From contig CAVVFV010000012.1 in NCBI GenBank assembly GCA_963747695.1, forward strand, positions 98,903 through 162,902: 64,000 nucleotides of DNA, given 5' to 3'. Below the pieces are notes generated by a model. That model ran no database searches, had not been told where the DNA came from, and saw only the letters and a program-made list of their open reading frames with translations. Below are positions 9,643 to 19,437 of the stretch, piece after piece. How positions within the stretch are numbered: the stretch's first letter is position 1; each line of letters opens with the position of its first letter. The position numbers and the translations under genes were made by a program. The stretch is from Candidatus Falkowbacteria bacterium. GTDB lineage: Bacteria; Patescibacteriota; Patescibacteriia; Patescibacteriales; WJLG01.

Positions 9643-10053
9643 ATGATCAATGAAAAAAAAGTCATCAAAACCGATGAAGAGTGGAAAAAAGAATTGACTC
9701 CGGAGCAATATCAAGTGATGCGCGAAAAGGGGACTGAAGCGCCGTTTAGCGGCAAACTGAGCGAACCTGACGCGGCAGGCAATTATCATTGCGCCGCGTG
9801 CGGCAATCCGATCTTTTCCAAAAAGGCGAAGTTCGAGTCGGGTACCGGCTGGCCCAGCTTCAATGAAGCTATTCCGGGCTCGGTCAAACTAGTCGAGGAT
9901 GAAAGCGGCGGGATGAAACGGACCGAAGTCATTTGCGCGAAGTGCGGCGCCCATCTTGGCCACGTCTTTGACGACGCTTTTGATCAGCCGACCGGAAAAA
10001 GATATTGCATCAATGCGGTTTGCTTGAATCCTCGAGTGAACAAGAAATCGTAA
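9643..10053 (+). CDS. msrB: Peptide-methionine (R)-S-oxide reductase
   Basis: GTEAPFSGKL, two CxxC pairs (CAACGNPIF, CAKCGAHLGHVFDD) and GTGWPSF. Confidence 0.9.
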   Translation: MINEKKVIKTDEEWKKELTPEQYQVMREKGTEAPFSGKLSEPDAAGNYHCAACGNPIFSKKAKFESGTGWPSFNEAIPGSVKLVEDESGGMKRTEVICAKCGAHLGHVFDDAFDQPTGKRYCINAVCLNPRVNKKS

Positions 10054-10084
10054 TTTATTCAAATTTGTCTATTGGCATAAATAT

Positions 10085-10114
10085 AAAATCCGCCAGAACG
10101 GCGGATTTTGTTTT
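10085..10114. terminator. Bidirectional terminator hairpin between convergent genes
   Basis: AAAATCCGCC / GGCGGATTTT stem, flanked by A-runs and T-runs on both sides. Confidence 0.6.
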
Positions 10115-10168
10115 AAATCGAAAGCCGCCGAAATCTGCGCCCTTTAGGCCGGAAGAGCTTCACAAAAA

Positions 10169-10897
10169 TTAGGATTTTTTTCGCGGCGCTTTCCAAAAGA
10201 TGGTCCGGGTGAAGGATAATTCGCCCATCATCCGGCGGATCTTCTTGGCCCGGCCGGGATGATAGCGGTAAACGACCGGCTGGCTGTTGGGCAATTCCAA
10301 CTGTGCGATGGCCAGGTCGGTGATATTCTCGAGGTATTTGATGATGGCGCGCAAAGTATTGCCGTGGGCGACGATCACGACGTTCTTATTTTTTTTCAGC
10401 CAGGGGAGGATCTGTTTTTCAAAATAAGGGATTAATTTCCGGTAGACGTCTTTCAAACTGTCGCCTCCCGGCGGACGGCCGCTAAAACTGCGCCGCCATT
10501 CCAAAACTTTTTTTTCACCGTATTTCCGGCGCACTTGATCTTTATCCAACCCCTGTAGCCGGCCGTAATAACGTTCGTTGAGCAGCGGCGTCGAATAAAT
10601 GGGAATTTCGTCCTTATCCAGACGAGTGGCGTAACGGTCATGATCGCCATCGCGCACGGCGCGATGCAGAAAAATTCCGGTCCGATCCTGGCGCGACAGG
10701 ATGATCAATAAAGTTTCCTGCGCCCGGGTCAATTCCGAAGTGAAGGCGATGTCGAATTCGAAATTCTTCAATTCTTTGGCGTTAAGCTCGGCTTCTTTGA
10801 TTCCTTGCCGGCTTAACGGCACGTCGACCCAGCCGGTAAATTTATTGGCCAGATTCCAGCGCGATTGCCCATGCCTGATCAAGATTAGATAGCTCAT
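10169..10897 (-). CDS. gpmA: 2,3-bisphosphoglycerate-dependent phosphoglycerate mutase
   Basis: N-terminal LILIRHGQSRWNLANKFTGWVDVPLSRQG (RHG catalytic motif) and a later VAHGNTLRA. Confidence 0.9.
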   Translation of the reverse strand: MSYLILIRHGQSRWNLANKFTGWVDVPLSRQGIKEAELNAKELKNFEFDIAFTSELTRAQETLLIILSRQDRTGIFLHRAVRDGDHDRYATRLDKDEIPIYSTPLLNERYYGRLQGLDKDQVRRKYGEKKVLEWRRSFSGRPPGGDSLKDVYRKLIPYFEKQILPWLKKNKNVVIVAHGNTLRAIIKYLENITDLAIAQLELPNSQPVVYRYHPGRAKKIRRMMGELSFTRTIFWKAPRKKS

Positions 10898-10901
10898 ATA
10901 T

Positions 10902-12110
10902 TTATTTTAATAATAACTTTGGATCGATGCGGATCAATTTATCATCGCCAGGCTTGGGGGTGCCGCGGCCGTCGGTATTGTTGGTGGCGATATACAGCCA
11001 GCCGTCCGGAGCCTGCTTGATGAAACGCAATCGCCCGAACTGGTTTTTAAAATTAACTTTGAAATTTTCCAATTTATCGCCGTTGATCGTCGCCGTATAA
11101 ATGGCTTCGCCGCGGAGACCGGCCCAGAGCAAAGTATTGCCGATGATGAGGTTGCCCGATGGCGCCCAGGTGTCGGTAGCTCCGGATTGGATAACCGGCG
11201 CGATCAGTCCGGGCTGGTTGGCCGCGCCATAAACGGTCGGCCAGCCGTAATTTCCGCCTTTGACGATCAGATTTATTTCATCAAAGCCGGTCAGCGCCCC
11301 GGACGGGCCGTGTTCGGTCGCCCATAATTTTCCGGTAGCATCCCAGGCAATCCCTTCGCTGTTGCGATTGCCATAAGAATACACTGCATTGCCGAAAGGA
11401 TTATCGGCGGGGATGCTGCCGTCATCTTTGATCCGCAAAATTTTTCCATTGAGAGAATTTTTATCCTGCGCCAGATTGGATTGTCCGGCTTCGCCGGTGG
11501 TAACGTAGAGCAAACCATCCGGCCCGAAAGCGATCCGGCCGCCGTCATGGTTCACGCCGGCGACAATGCCGGAAAGGATAATTTTTTTATCGGTCAGGGT
11601 GTTGGTAGAAGGATCAAAGACGTAGCGGATAACTTCGTTTTCCGGTTTGGCCGTAGTGACAAAAAGATAAAGCCAGTGATTCCGCGCGAAGTTCGGATGA
11701 AGCGCCATTCCCAGCAGTCCGCCCTCGCCCAATTGCTTGGCATCGGCAATGACGATCTTTTGCGGCGTTGTCGTTGAATTGACGTTCAGCCGGATCAGAT
11801 TGCCCGGCCGTTCGGTGATCAGAAAATCTCCGCCGGGTAAAAAAGCCATTTCCCACGGGATGTTCAGATTTTCCGCCACGACTTTGATTGCCGGCGTTTC
11901 CTTGGTCGGATGATCTATCGCCGGACTGGAAGTGGCGACGGGCGTCGATGAAGTCGGAACTCCGCCGGCTGGCGGATTAACCACTTTTTCCGGCGCGGTC
12001 GGCGGAGTGGGCGGAAATAATAAATGCAGATCTGCCCGCCAGGCCAGGAAAATAAGAATCAGCACCGCTAAAATTATCACTGACCAAAAAATTTTCTTAT
12101 CAGTCGGCAT
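10902..12110 (-). CDS. PQQ-dependent sugar (glucose/sorbosone) dehydrogenase, membrane-anchored
   Basis: PWEMAFLPGGDFLITERPGNL, GLLGMALHPNF, NHDGGRIAFGPDGLLYVTTGE, GKILRI..DGSIPADNPF and GGNYGWP, with an N-terminal TM anchor. Confidence 0.85.
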   Translation of the reverse strand: MPTDKKIFWSVIILAVLILIFLAWRADLHLLFPPTPPTAPEKVVNPPAGGVPTSSTPVATSSPAIDHPTKETPAIKVVAENLNIPWEMAFLPGGDFLITERPGNLIRLNVNSTTTPQKIVIADAKQLGEGGLLGMALHPNFARNHWLYLFVTTAKPENEVIRYVFDPSTNTLTDKKIILSGIVAGVNHDGGRIAFGPDGLLYVTTGEAGQSNLAQDKNSLNGKILRIKDDGSIPADNPFGNAVYSYGNRNSEGIAWDATGKLWATEHGPSGALTGFDEINLIVKGGNYGWPTVYGAANQPGLIAPVIQSGATDTWAPSGNLIIGNTLLWAGLRGEAIYTATINGDKLENFKVNFKNQFGRLRFIKQAPDGWLYIATNNTDGRGTPKPGDDKLIRIDPKLLLK

Positions 12111-12230
12111 AATTTTTGAAGATTAGCTTTAGCTATATTATATATTTTTTCGCCGATTTCGGTAAGAGCCGTTTGATAAGTGCGGATATTACTGATAATA
12201 TTAATCTTGTTAAATGTTTACTAAGAGGCT

Positions 12231-12950
12231 ATGGCAAAAATCAACGATTCAATCGAATATCCCGTGATCATCAACAAATATCTGGCGTTAAAAAAGATTT
12301 CCAGCCGTAAAGAAGCAGACCGGCTGCTTAAGGCCGGTAAGATTATGGTTAACGGCAAATTGGGTGAACCCGGCCAGATGATCACGGCTAAAGACAAAGT
12401 CCAGGTCGATCTGGGCGATAAGGATCTGGTTTATCTCGCTTTCAACAAACCGAGAGGAATAATTACCCATAGTCCGCAAGGAGATGAACAGAGTATCGCC
12501 GATATTTTGCGTTTCCGCGAAAAGGTTTTTCCGGTGGGCCGATTGGATAAGATGTCTTCGGGTTTGATAATTTTGACCAATGACGGGCGGATCACTGACA
12601 AACTCCTGAATCCCGATTTCGCCCACGAGCGGGAATATGAAGTTGATGTGGATCGGCCGATTACTCCGGAATTTTTGCGTAAGATGGCCGCTGGCGTCGA
12701 ACTCGACGACGGCTACGTGACGAAAAGATGCCGGATCAAAAAAATCCGCTCCCAGACTTTCTTGATCATTATGACCGAAGGTAAGAAACACCAGATCCGC
12801 CGAATGTGCGAAGCGCTGGGTGAGAAAGTTGTCGATCTGCACCGCTTAAGGATTATGCAGGCGGGACTGAATGGTTTAAGGGCCGGAGCTTACCGTCAGC
12901 TCGTTGGCCGAGAAAAGGCTGATTTTTTGGCCGAATTGGGTTTGGCTTGA
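12231..12950 (+). CDS. Pseudouridine synthase, RsuA/RluB family, with S4 domain
   Basis: An N-terminal S4-like segment (INKYLALKKISSRKEADRLLKAGKIMVNG) and the catalytic motif GRLDKMSSGLIILTNDG. Confidence 0.85.
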   Translation: MAKINDSIEYPVIINKYLALKKISSRKEADRLLKAGKIMVNGKLGEPGQMITAKDKVQVDLGDKDLVYLAFNKPRGIITHSPQGDEQSIADILRFREKVFPVGRLDKMSSGLIILTNDGRITDKLLNPDFAHEREYEVDVDRPITPEFLRKMAAGVELDDGYVTKRCRIKKIRSQTFLIIMTEGKKHQIRRMCEALGEKVVDLHRLRIMQAGLNGLRAGAYRQLVGREKADFLAELGLA

Positions 12951-13023
12951 TTTTTGGGAGGATAATTGCCGATTGGGATTTATTTTGGTAAAATTAAGCC
13001 AGCTAGACATTAAGACAATCAAG

Positions 13024-16000
13024 ATGATCAAACTATTTAAAAATAATTATTTTTATAGCGCTTGTTTGGTTTTAGCAGTGGGTTGCCTTTGGGGCAATTC
13101 ATTTTTTTTCGGCGTTAAAACGACTGCGGCGGCCACGGTCGATAATCCTCAACTCCATCATCCGTTGCTTAAGCCGGTTGTTCGCGGTGACTCCTTTAAC
13201 GGTACGGATAACCAAGCGAGCACGACCAAACCGTACACTTCCGCTTGGCTGGCGCAGGCCGAAAAGAATATCACGGCCGGCGAATATGATCCATTCTTAT
13301 TAAAAAAGGATGATCAGGGCAAAGATTTGGCGATCAGCGAGTGGATTTTTGCCAATCGCGCCAATAATTTTTCGGCCGTAATCGGCGCCGATGATTGGCA
13401 GATGAAATTCGGCAAAAAAGGGGATAATGACTATACTTGGAATTTTTCTTTGCAAAGCTACGGGCGGGAAGGCGGGCAAGCTAGTGATTTTGGCGGACTC
13501 TCCGGCGCGCAAATTTCCAAGGCAAGCAATACAATCGTTATTGCCAGGTCGGAAAATTTCCAAGAATGGTATCAAAACAGCGCCAAAGGATTGGAGCAAG
13601 GTTTTACGATTGCCGGCAAGCCGTCAGGGGACGGCCGACTGATCCTCACCGGTGCAGTAAATACTAATTTGCAGGCCAGCAGCTCGCCGGCGAAGATCGT
13701 TTTTTCGAGAAATGGCAAAAAAGTTCTCCAATACGGCGATCTCGTCGCCGTCGACAGTCTGGGAAAAAAATTACCGGCGGAAATTTCTTATTCGGTTGCT
13801 GCTGGCAAAAAACAGCTCAGCTTGATCATTGATGATTCGCAAGCGGCTTATCCGATCACCATCGATCCGCTTTCTTCTTCACCCGACATTAATCTGCTCA
13901 TCAATAATGATGATACTTATTTTGGTTATGTCGTTGCTTCCGCCGGCGATGTCAATAACGACGGCTATGGCGATGTGATCATCGGCTCGCCCGGCTATCA
14001 AAATCTTACCGGCGCTGTTTTTGTCTATTACGGTTCCGCTTCCGGCCTTGATCTTACTCCGGACTGGACGGTCTCGGGCGATCAGATCGGCGAAGGGTTC
14101 GGAGCCTCAGTGGCTTCCGCCGGTGATGTTAACAACGATGGTTATTCGGATATCCTGGTCGGCGCTATCTATTATAACAACGGCAGCATAACTCCGGGAA
14201 AAGTTTTCGCTTACTATGGTTCGGCCGACGGTCTGGATCAGTCCGATAATTTTACAGAAATAGGTACTCCGGATTGGTCGGCTACCGGCATCGTAGATCA
14301 GGAAAATTTCGGCACGGCGGCCGCCTCGGCCGGCGATGTCAACGGTGATGGTTATGATGATGTGATAATCAGCGCCCCTTACCGCGACGTCGGCCCGCTC
14401 GCCCGAGCTGGAGCGGTCTCAGTCTATTATGGTTCCGCTTCCGGATTATCAGCTTCCCCAGCCTGGACAGTTTCCGGAAATCAACAAGATGAAGACTTGG
14501 GTGTTTCTGCCGCCTCGGCCGGCGATGTCAATGGCGATACTTTTTTCGATGTGATCGTGGGCGCCGACGGCGTGGGAATCGGCGGTGGCGTTTTTGTCTA
14601 TTATGGATCCGGTTCGGGACTTTCTCTCACGCCTGATTGGACCGGTTTGAGCGATGAAGACAGTTCCGGATTCGGATATTCCGTCGCTTCAGCCGGCGAT
14701 GTCAATGGCGACGGCATCGATGATATTATAATCGGTTCAGAACTTTACAGCCAAGGCGGCCTGACTTATAACGGCGCCGCTTTTGTTTACTACGGTTCGG
14801 ATTCGGGCTTGTCAGATTCGGTTGATTGGTCAGTCTATGGCGACCAAACCAATGAATTTTTCGGTTCGGTCGTCGCCTCGGCCGGCGATGTCAACGGCGA
14901 TCATATTTCCGATGTAATCATCAGCGCTTTCCAATATAATACCGCAAATGAAAGCGCGGTTTCTGCCTATTACGGGTCAGCGGACGGACTGGACGTTTCA
15001 CCCGATTGGTCACAAATCTTCAGCCAGACCGGATCCGATCAGCCGGCTGTCGCTTCCGCCGGCGACGTCAACGGCGACGGCTATGACGACGTGATTATCG
15101 GTTTTCTTGATTTAATTAATACCGACAATTTTAATGGTGCAGCTTTTTCGTATTACGGCTCGGCCTCGGGGCTTTCCGGCGGTTCGCCTGACTGGACCGC
15201 GGAGGATAATACCGAAATGCCGAACTTCGGCGTTTCCGTCGCTTCCGCCGGCGACGTCAACGGCGACGGTTACGGCGACATAATCATCGGCGCCGATCTG
15301 TATGATAATTATTCTTGCACTTCCGGCAGTTTTGGCTGTCAGGGAGCGGCTTTTGTTTTTTACGGTTCGGCAACGGGTCCGTCAACCACTCCCGACTGGA
15401 TAGCTTATGGTCCGGAGATCGCCGATGACTTCGGTTATGCCGTGGCTTCGGCCGGCGACGTCAACGGCAACGGTTATTCTGACGTGATTGTCGGCGCTCC
15501 GTATTACACTAACGGCGATAACATATTATCCGGCGGAGCTTTTGTCTATTATGGTTCGGCGACAGGATTATCCGCCGACCCGGATGTGATCTTGTCCGGA
15601 ACAAAATCAGACATCCCCGGCGGCGCTTTCGGCAGCGCTTGGTTCGGTTCGGCGGTCTCGACCGCCGGCGACGTGAATGGGGACGGATATTCTGATGTGA
15701 TTATCGGTTCTCCCACTTATCCTCTTTCCGATTCGATCGATCACTCCGGACAAGTTTTACTTTATTATGGCTCGGCCGCCGGTTTATCGCCGACGCCAAA
15801 TTTGACCATTGATGGCATGAACAAAGGCGCCTGGGCCGGTTTGTCGGTTGCTACCGCCGGCAACGTCAACGGCGACGGTTATTCCGATATCATTTTTCAC
15901 GGTTCCCAAGATTATCATCAGGATACGGTTTATGTGTATTATGGTTCGCCTTTCGGAATTACTACGACCAGTCCTTGGATTTATGAATCAAATGAACAAA

Positions 16001-17964
16001 ATACCGCCTTGGGCAATTCTGTTTCTTCGGCGGGCAACGTCAACGGTGATGGGTATGATGATGTGATCATCGGTGAACCATTCAATTATCCAGGATTTGA
16101 CCAGCCTGGTACAGTTTTGGCTTTTTATGGTTCAGCTGACGGTTTGCCTTCTACGCCAAATTGGACAGTTAATGGCACACAAAACGGCGATGCCTACGGC
16201 GGTACGGTTTCCTTGGCCGGTGACGTGAATAATGACGGTTATGCCGACGTGGTCGTTTCCAATCAAGATTTGCTTGATAATGGCACCACTGATACTAACG
16301 GTTTGATTGATGTTTATTATGGCGGTCCGTCCGGATTATCAACCAATCCTGACTGGTCAGTCCAATCCGATCAGGCGACAACCGATTATACTAACGAATT
16401 CTTCGGCCAGGGAGTTACGACAGCCGGCGATGTCAACGGCAATAATCTTTCCAACCTGATTGCCGGAGCTCCAGGATATCTCCTTGACAACGGCTATTCG
16501 GAGGCCGGTAAAGTCGTGATCTTTAACAACGCTACTTCGACCGATCAAAATCTGATTCCGCATCAGCTTGACATTGAAAATAATTCCGTGGCGCTCGGCG
16601 GGACGATCAGCACCTCGACTTTCCAGATCGCTCTGACCGGCCAAGCTCCGGTCGGTCGCACCAAAGTTAAAATTTGGTATGAACTCAAGCCGACCGGTGT
16701 GGCTTTTGATGGCACCGGGCTTGTCGAGTCAAGTGATTGGAAGGATACTGGTTTAGGCGGAGGAACGGTCAGTCTCACGGTCCCCGGATTGCTCAATAAC
16801 CATAATTACCACTGGCGAGCCCGCTGGCAATATCTGCCGACGATGGATTTCACGCCCTGGTATACGGTCGGTACCAACGATGCCAACGAGGTTGATATCG
16901 CCACCGTATTTTCCGATAATTTAAATTATTTTGCCGGCGCCAACGGCGTGCTTATCGGTTCGACAACGCAAACAGTCCTTGAAGGCGGCAACGGATCAGC
17001 CGTTACAGCAGTGGCTAATTCCGGTTATCGGTTCACGCAATGGAGCGATGGCTCAACCGCCAATCCGCGCATTGATTCCGCCGTGACTAAAAATATTTCC
17101 GTCACTGCCGAATTTTCGGCAATAATGACTTCCGGCGGCGGCGGGGGATATCTTCCTCCGGCCCCGGTCAATCTTAATCTTAATGTCAGCTTAAACGGCG
17201 GGGCCGGAAGTATTCAGCTATCCGGCAATGGCACGGTCAATCAAATCGCCATTACCGATCCACAAGTCAAATTGGATTTGAATCTTTCCGGCGTGACTTA
17301 TTATTCTTTATCGCATACCGGTGATTTTTCCGGCCGTTCTTACTTGCCGTATACGCCGGAAATTTCCTTCACTCTGCCCGCGGTCACCGGCAGCTATCCG
17401 ATCTATCTAAAATTCCGTCTGGCCAATGGCAATGAAAGCCAGGTCTATTATTTATCATTCAATTTGAACGAATCAGCTGCCGCCGCTCCGGCCGCTAACG
17501 GTTCAGCCGTCCCGTCCTCGCCTGTTTCGCCTTTGCCGACGCCGCTGCCCGCACCAACGAAACCATTGACCCCCAAACAGATTAATCAGATTGTCAGTCA
17601 TGTCGCCGGCGATATCCTGCTGCAGGTTCAGGGACGCGGCGAAGCCTGGTATGTTGATCCCGTGAGCCGACAAAGGATATTCCTCGCCGACGGTTCCGCG
17701 GTCAATCGCCTGATCCATTCGCTGGGATTGGGAATCTCCAATGCCAACCTGGCTAAACTTCTCTCCGGCAATAAGTCACTCGTTAATCGCCTGAAGGGCC
17801 GGATAGTACTTGCCGTGCAAAACCGCGGCCAGGCTTACTATATCAATCCTCGCGACGGCAAAGCTTATTTCCTCCAGAGCGGCGCGGCCGCGTTGAAAAT
17901 TTTAGCATCGCTTGGTTTGGGAATTTCCAATACTGATTTAAGCGCGGTCATTGCCGGTAAATAA
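13024..17964 (+). CDS. Giant secreted FG-GAP/VCBS-repeat surface protein
   Basis: The probable start is the ATG at 13024 (MIKLFKNNYFYSACLVLAVGCLWG signal/anchor); the listed ORF start at 12904 overlaps the previous gene. There are at least 14 repeats of ...FGxSVASAGDVNGDGYxDVIIG...AFVYYGSxxGL. A Listeria-Bacteroides-type repeat is also present (GYRFTQWSDGSTANPR). Two tandem C-terminal modules of about 60 aa each end in SLGLGISN. Confidence 0.85.
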   Translation: MIKLFKNNYFYSACLVLAVGCLWGNSFFFGVKTTAAATVDNPQLHHPLLKPVVRGDSFNGTDNQASTTKPYTSAWLAQAEKNITAGEYDPFLLKKDDQGKDLAISEWIFANRANNFSAVIGADDWQMKFGKKGDNDYTWNFSLQSYGREGGQASDFGGLSGAQISKASNTIVIARSENFQEWYQNSAKGLEQGFTIAGKPSGDGRLILTGAVNTNLQASSSPAKIVFSRNGKKVLQYGDLVAVDSLGKKLPAEISYSVAAGKKQLSLIIDDSQAAYPITIDPLSSSPDINLLINNDDTYFGYVVASAGDVNNDGYGDVIIGSPGYQNLTGAVFVYYGSASGLDLTPDWTVSGDQIGEGFGASVASAGDVNNDGYSDILVGAIYYNNGSITPGKVFAYYGSADGLDQSDNFTEIGTPDWSATGIVDQENFGTAAASAGDVNGDGYDDVIISAPYRDVGPLARAGAVSVYYGSASGLSASPAWTVSGNQQDEDLGVSAASAGDVNGDTFFDVIVGADGVGIGGGVFVYYGSGSGLSLTPDWTGLSDEDSSGFGYSVASAGDVNGDGIDDIIIGSELYSQGGLTYNGAAFVYYGSDSGLSDSVDWSVYGDQTNEFFGSVVASAGDVNGDHISDVIISAFQYNTANESAVSAYYGSADGLDVSPDWSQIFSQTGSDQPAVASAGDVNGDGYDDVIIGFLDLINTDNFNGAAFSYYGSASGLSGGSPDWTAEDNTEMPNFGVSVASAGDVNGDGYGDIIIGADLYDNYSCTSGSFGCQGAAFVFYGSATGPSTTPDWIAYGPEIADDFGYAVASAGDVNGNGYSDVIVGAPYYTNGDNILSGGAFVYYGSATGLSADPDVILSGTKSDIPGGAFGSAWFGSAVSTAGDVNGDGYSDVIIGSPTYPLSDSIDHSGQVLLYYGSAAGLSPTPNLTIDGMNKGAWAGLSVATAGNVNGDGYSDIIFHGSQDYHQDTVYVYYGSPFGITTTSPWIYESNEQNTALGNSVSSAGNVNGDGYDDVIIGEPFNYPGFDQPGTVLAFYGSADGLPSTPNWTVNGTQNGDAYGGTVSLAGDVNNDGYADVVVSNQDLLDNGTTDTNGLIDVYYGGPSGLSTNPDWSVQSDQATTDYTNEFFGQGVTTAGDVNGNNLSNLIAGAPGYLLDNGYSEAGKVVIFNNATSTDQNLIPHQLDIENNSVALGGTISTSTFQIALTGQAPVGRTKVKIWYELKPTGVAFDGTGLVESSDWKDTGLGGGTVSLTVPGLLNNHNYHWRARWQYLPTMDFTPWYTVGTNDANEVDIATVFSDNLNYFAGANGVLIGSTTQTVLEGGNGSAVTAVANSGYRFTQWSDGSTANPRIDSAVTKNISVTAEFSAIMTSGGGGGYLPPAPVNLNLNVSLNGGAGSIQLSGNGTVNQIAITDPQVKLDLNLSGVTYYSLSHTGDFSGRSYLPYTPEISFTLPAVTGSYPIYLKFRLANGNESQVYYLSFNLNESAAAAPAANGSAVPSSPVSPLPTPLPAPTKPLTPKQINQIVSHVAGDILLQVQGRGEAWYVDPVSRQRIFLADGSAVNRLIHSLGLGISNANLAKLLSGNKSLVNRLKGRIVLAVQNRGQAYYINPRDGKAYFLQSGAAALKILASLGLGISNTDLSAVIAGK

Positions 17965-17988
17965 AATAAAATTGCCTCGTGATAAATA

Positions 17989-18015
17989 AAAAGCGGAAGA
18001 TTGTCTTCCGCTTTT
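17989..18015 (+). terminator. Rho-independent terminator
   Basis: AAAAGCGGAAGA / TCTTCCGCTTTT stem. Confidence 0.75.
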
Positions 18016-18020
18016 GAATT

Positions 18021-18057
18021 TTAAAACCACCTGCTTTATTTAGGCAAAGCAGGTGGC
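18021..18057 (-). terminator. Rho-independent terminator for the minus-strand gene
   Basis: CCACCTGCTTT / AAAGCAGGTGG stem with a T-run on the minus strand. Confidence 0.65.
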
Positions 18058-18077
18058 TAATTGTGAACGGCAATCTT

Positions 18078-18878
18078 TTATTCAGGGACAGAGCCGATTA
18101 AAAAAGTTACGCCGATCGAGGCCCGGCCGAAGCGCATGGGCGGCTCGTCATGCCAGGGCCAGTTATGATGATTATAGTCATAACGATACCATGCCCAGGA
18201 GATACCGGCGGAAATCAATTCCATTATTATCGCCACCGGCAGATTATCTTGTTTGGCCATCTCAGAGGCAATTCCTTCAAAGGGGAGTTCGGTAATTTCG
18301 ATGATCGATCCGGAGATTGAGGAGTGCCAAGACATCCAAGTTTTTTCGACGCTGATAAAATGATATTGGCAATCGAGCGCTAAGAAATTTACCACTGGAA
18401 CGCGCAGTCCGAAATAGCGGTCATAGGAAAAATCCCATCGTTTGTTTTTTTCCTGCAATTCAGTGCCGGTATTATCACCAAGCCGCTGATAGACGCCGTC
18501 GGCTACATCAAACCGGGAAACACCCCAGCCCATGCCGGAGGTCAGATAAAAAAGATAGAAATCCCAGTTCGCGCTGATGGTGTTCAGGGTGCCATAGTCA
18601 TTGCTGCCCCTCAGCTTAAAACGATCATTGTACCAGGCGAGATATTCATCGAATCCCAGCTTGCCGGTGGCCAGGTCCGAATTGATGCCCAGTTTGATTC
18701 CGCCGCTGACGCCAGAAAGGTAATTTTCCCCGAAATCATTGAACGGATTGGTAAACGTCGCGAGCGGCGTTAGCGTGAGACGTACTGGCAGCGCGCCATC
18801 GTCGGTCTGCGAACTGGCTGGCAGGCCGATGATCAGCAACAGGACTCCGAAAAAACTAAAAAAGCGAGTCTTTATCAT
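18078..18878 (-). CDS. Signal-peptide protein, aromatic-rich, beta-strand-like (function unknown)
   Basis: N-terminal MIKTRFFSFFGVLLLIIGLPASSQ signal. The mature part is rich in alternating aromatic and small residues (WDFYLFYLTSGMGWGVSRF, WDFSYDRYFGLRV). Confidence 0.6.
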   Translation of the reverse strand: MIKTRFFSFFGVLLLIIGLPASSQTDDGALPVRLTLTPLATFTNPFNDFGENYLSGVSGGIKLGINSDLATGKLGFDEYLAWYNDRFKLRGSNDYGTLNTISANWDFYLFYLTSGMGWGVSRFDVADGVYQRLGDNTGTELQEKNKRWDFSYDRYFGLRVPVVNFLALDCQYHFISVEKTWMSWHSSISGSIIEITELPFEGIASEMAKQDNLPVAIIMELISAGISWAWYRYDYNHHNWPWHDEPPMRFGRASIGVTFLIGSVPE

Positions 18879-19086
18879 GACGACCCCTTCCTGGGAAAAA
18901 GTTGAAGGAAAACGCGAAAATAATTCCTAAAAGAAAAGAACAGATTTTTATTTTGCCATAAGCGGACGAAAAAAGCAACCCCTTTGCGCTAATTTCTTGA
19001 ACCCGCCCAAACTTAGATTGACTATTGTCTGATTATGTGATATAAATTTATTTTAATGTTCTTTAACCTTTATTAATCGGAGGAAT

Positions 19087-19380
19087 ATGGAGGTCAGAAA
19101 GAAACCGGAAGATGCAATTTTGGATTGTCTCAGGAAAAAGTTTATCGGTAAGCAAATCAGTGTTTGCTTTAATGATGGACCCGGACAGCCGAAAACAGAG
19201 ATTGGGATGATCAACGATGTGATCATAGATTTCAGCGATAAATTCCGCAATTTTTTCTTCATCACCGATAATTTGTCACTCAAAAAAGTTGAGGCAAAAG
19301 ACGGACTATGCAAGATCGAGAACATTTCCGGCAGCAAGATAAAAGTCTTGCACGGCTTTAAGCCGGAAATTTTCACCTGA
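19087..19380 (+). CDS. Hypothetical protein
   Basis: ATG 5 nt after a GGAGGA site, with a terminator downstream. The antisense ORF 19053..19376 lacks such signals. Confidence 0.5.
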   Translation: MEVRKKPEDAILDCLRKKFIGKQISVCFNDGPGQPKTEIGMINDVIIDFSDKFRNFFFITDNLSLKKVEAKDGLCKIENISGSKIKVLHGFKPEIFT

Positions 19381-19396
19381 AGTGATTTTCAGCAAA

Positions 19397-19425
19397 CGGG
19401 GCGGAATTTTCGCCCCGATTTTTTT
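19397..19425 (+). terminator. Rho-independent terminator
   Basis: CGGGGCG / CGCCCCG stem followed by a T-run. Confidence 0.7.
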
Positions 19426-19437
19426 AAAATAATTTTC

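Noticed and set aside
13900-16500. Highly repetitive DNA (GCCGGCGATGTCAACGGCGACGG..), considered as a possible mobile or satellite repeat
   Set aside because: The periodicity follows the FG-GAP protein repeat, and the DNA copies diverge at synonymous positions. It is a protein-level repeat inside one ORF.
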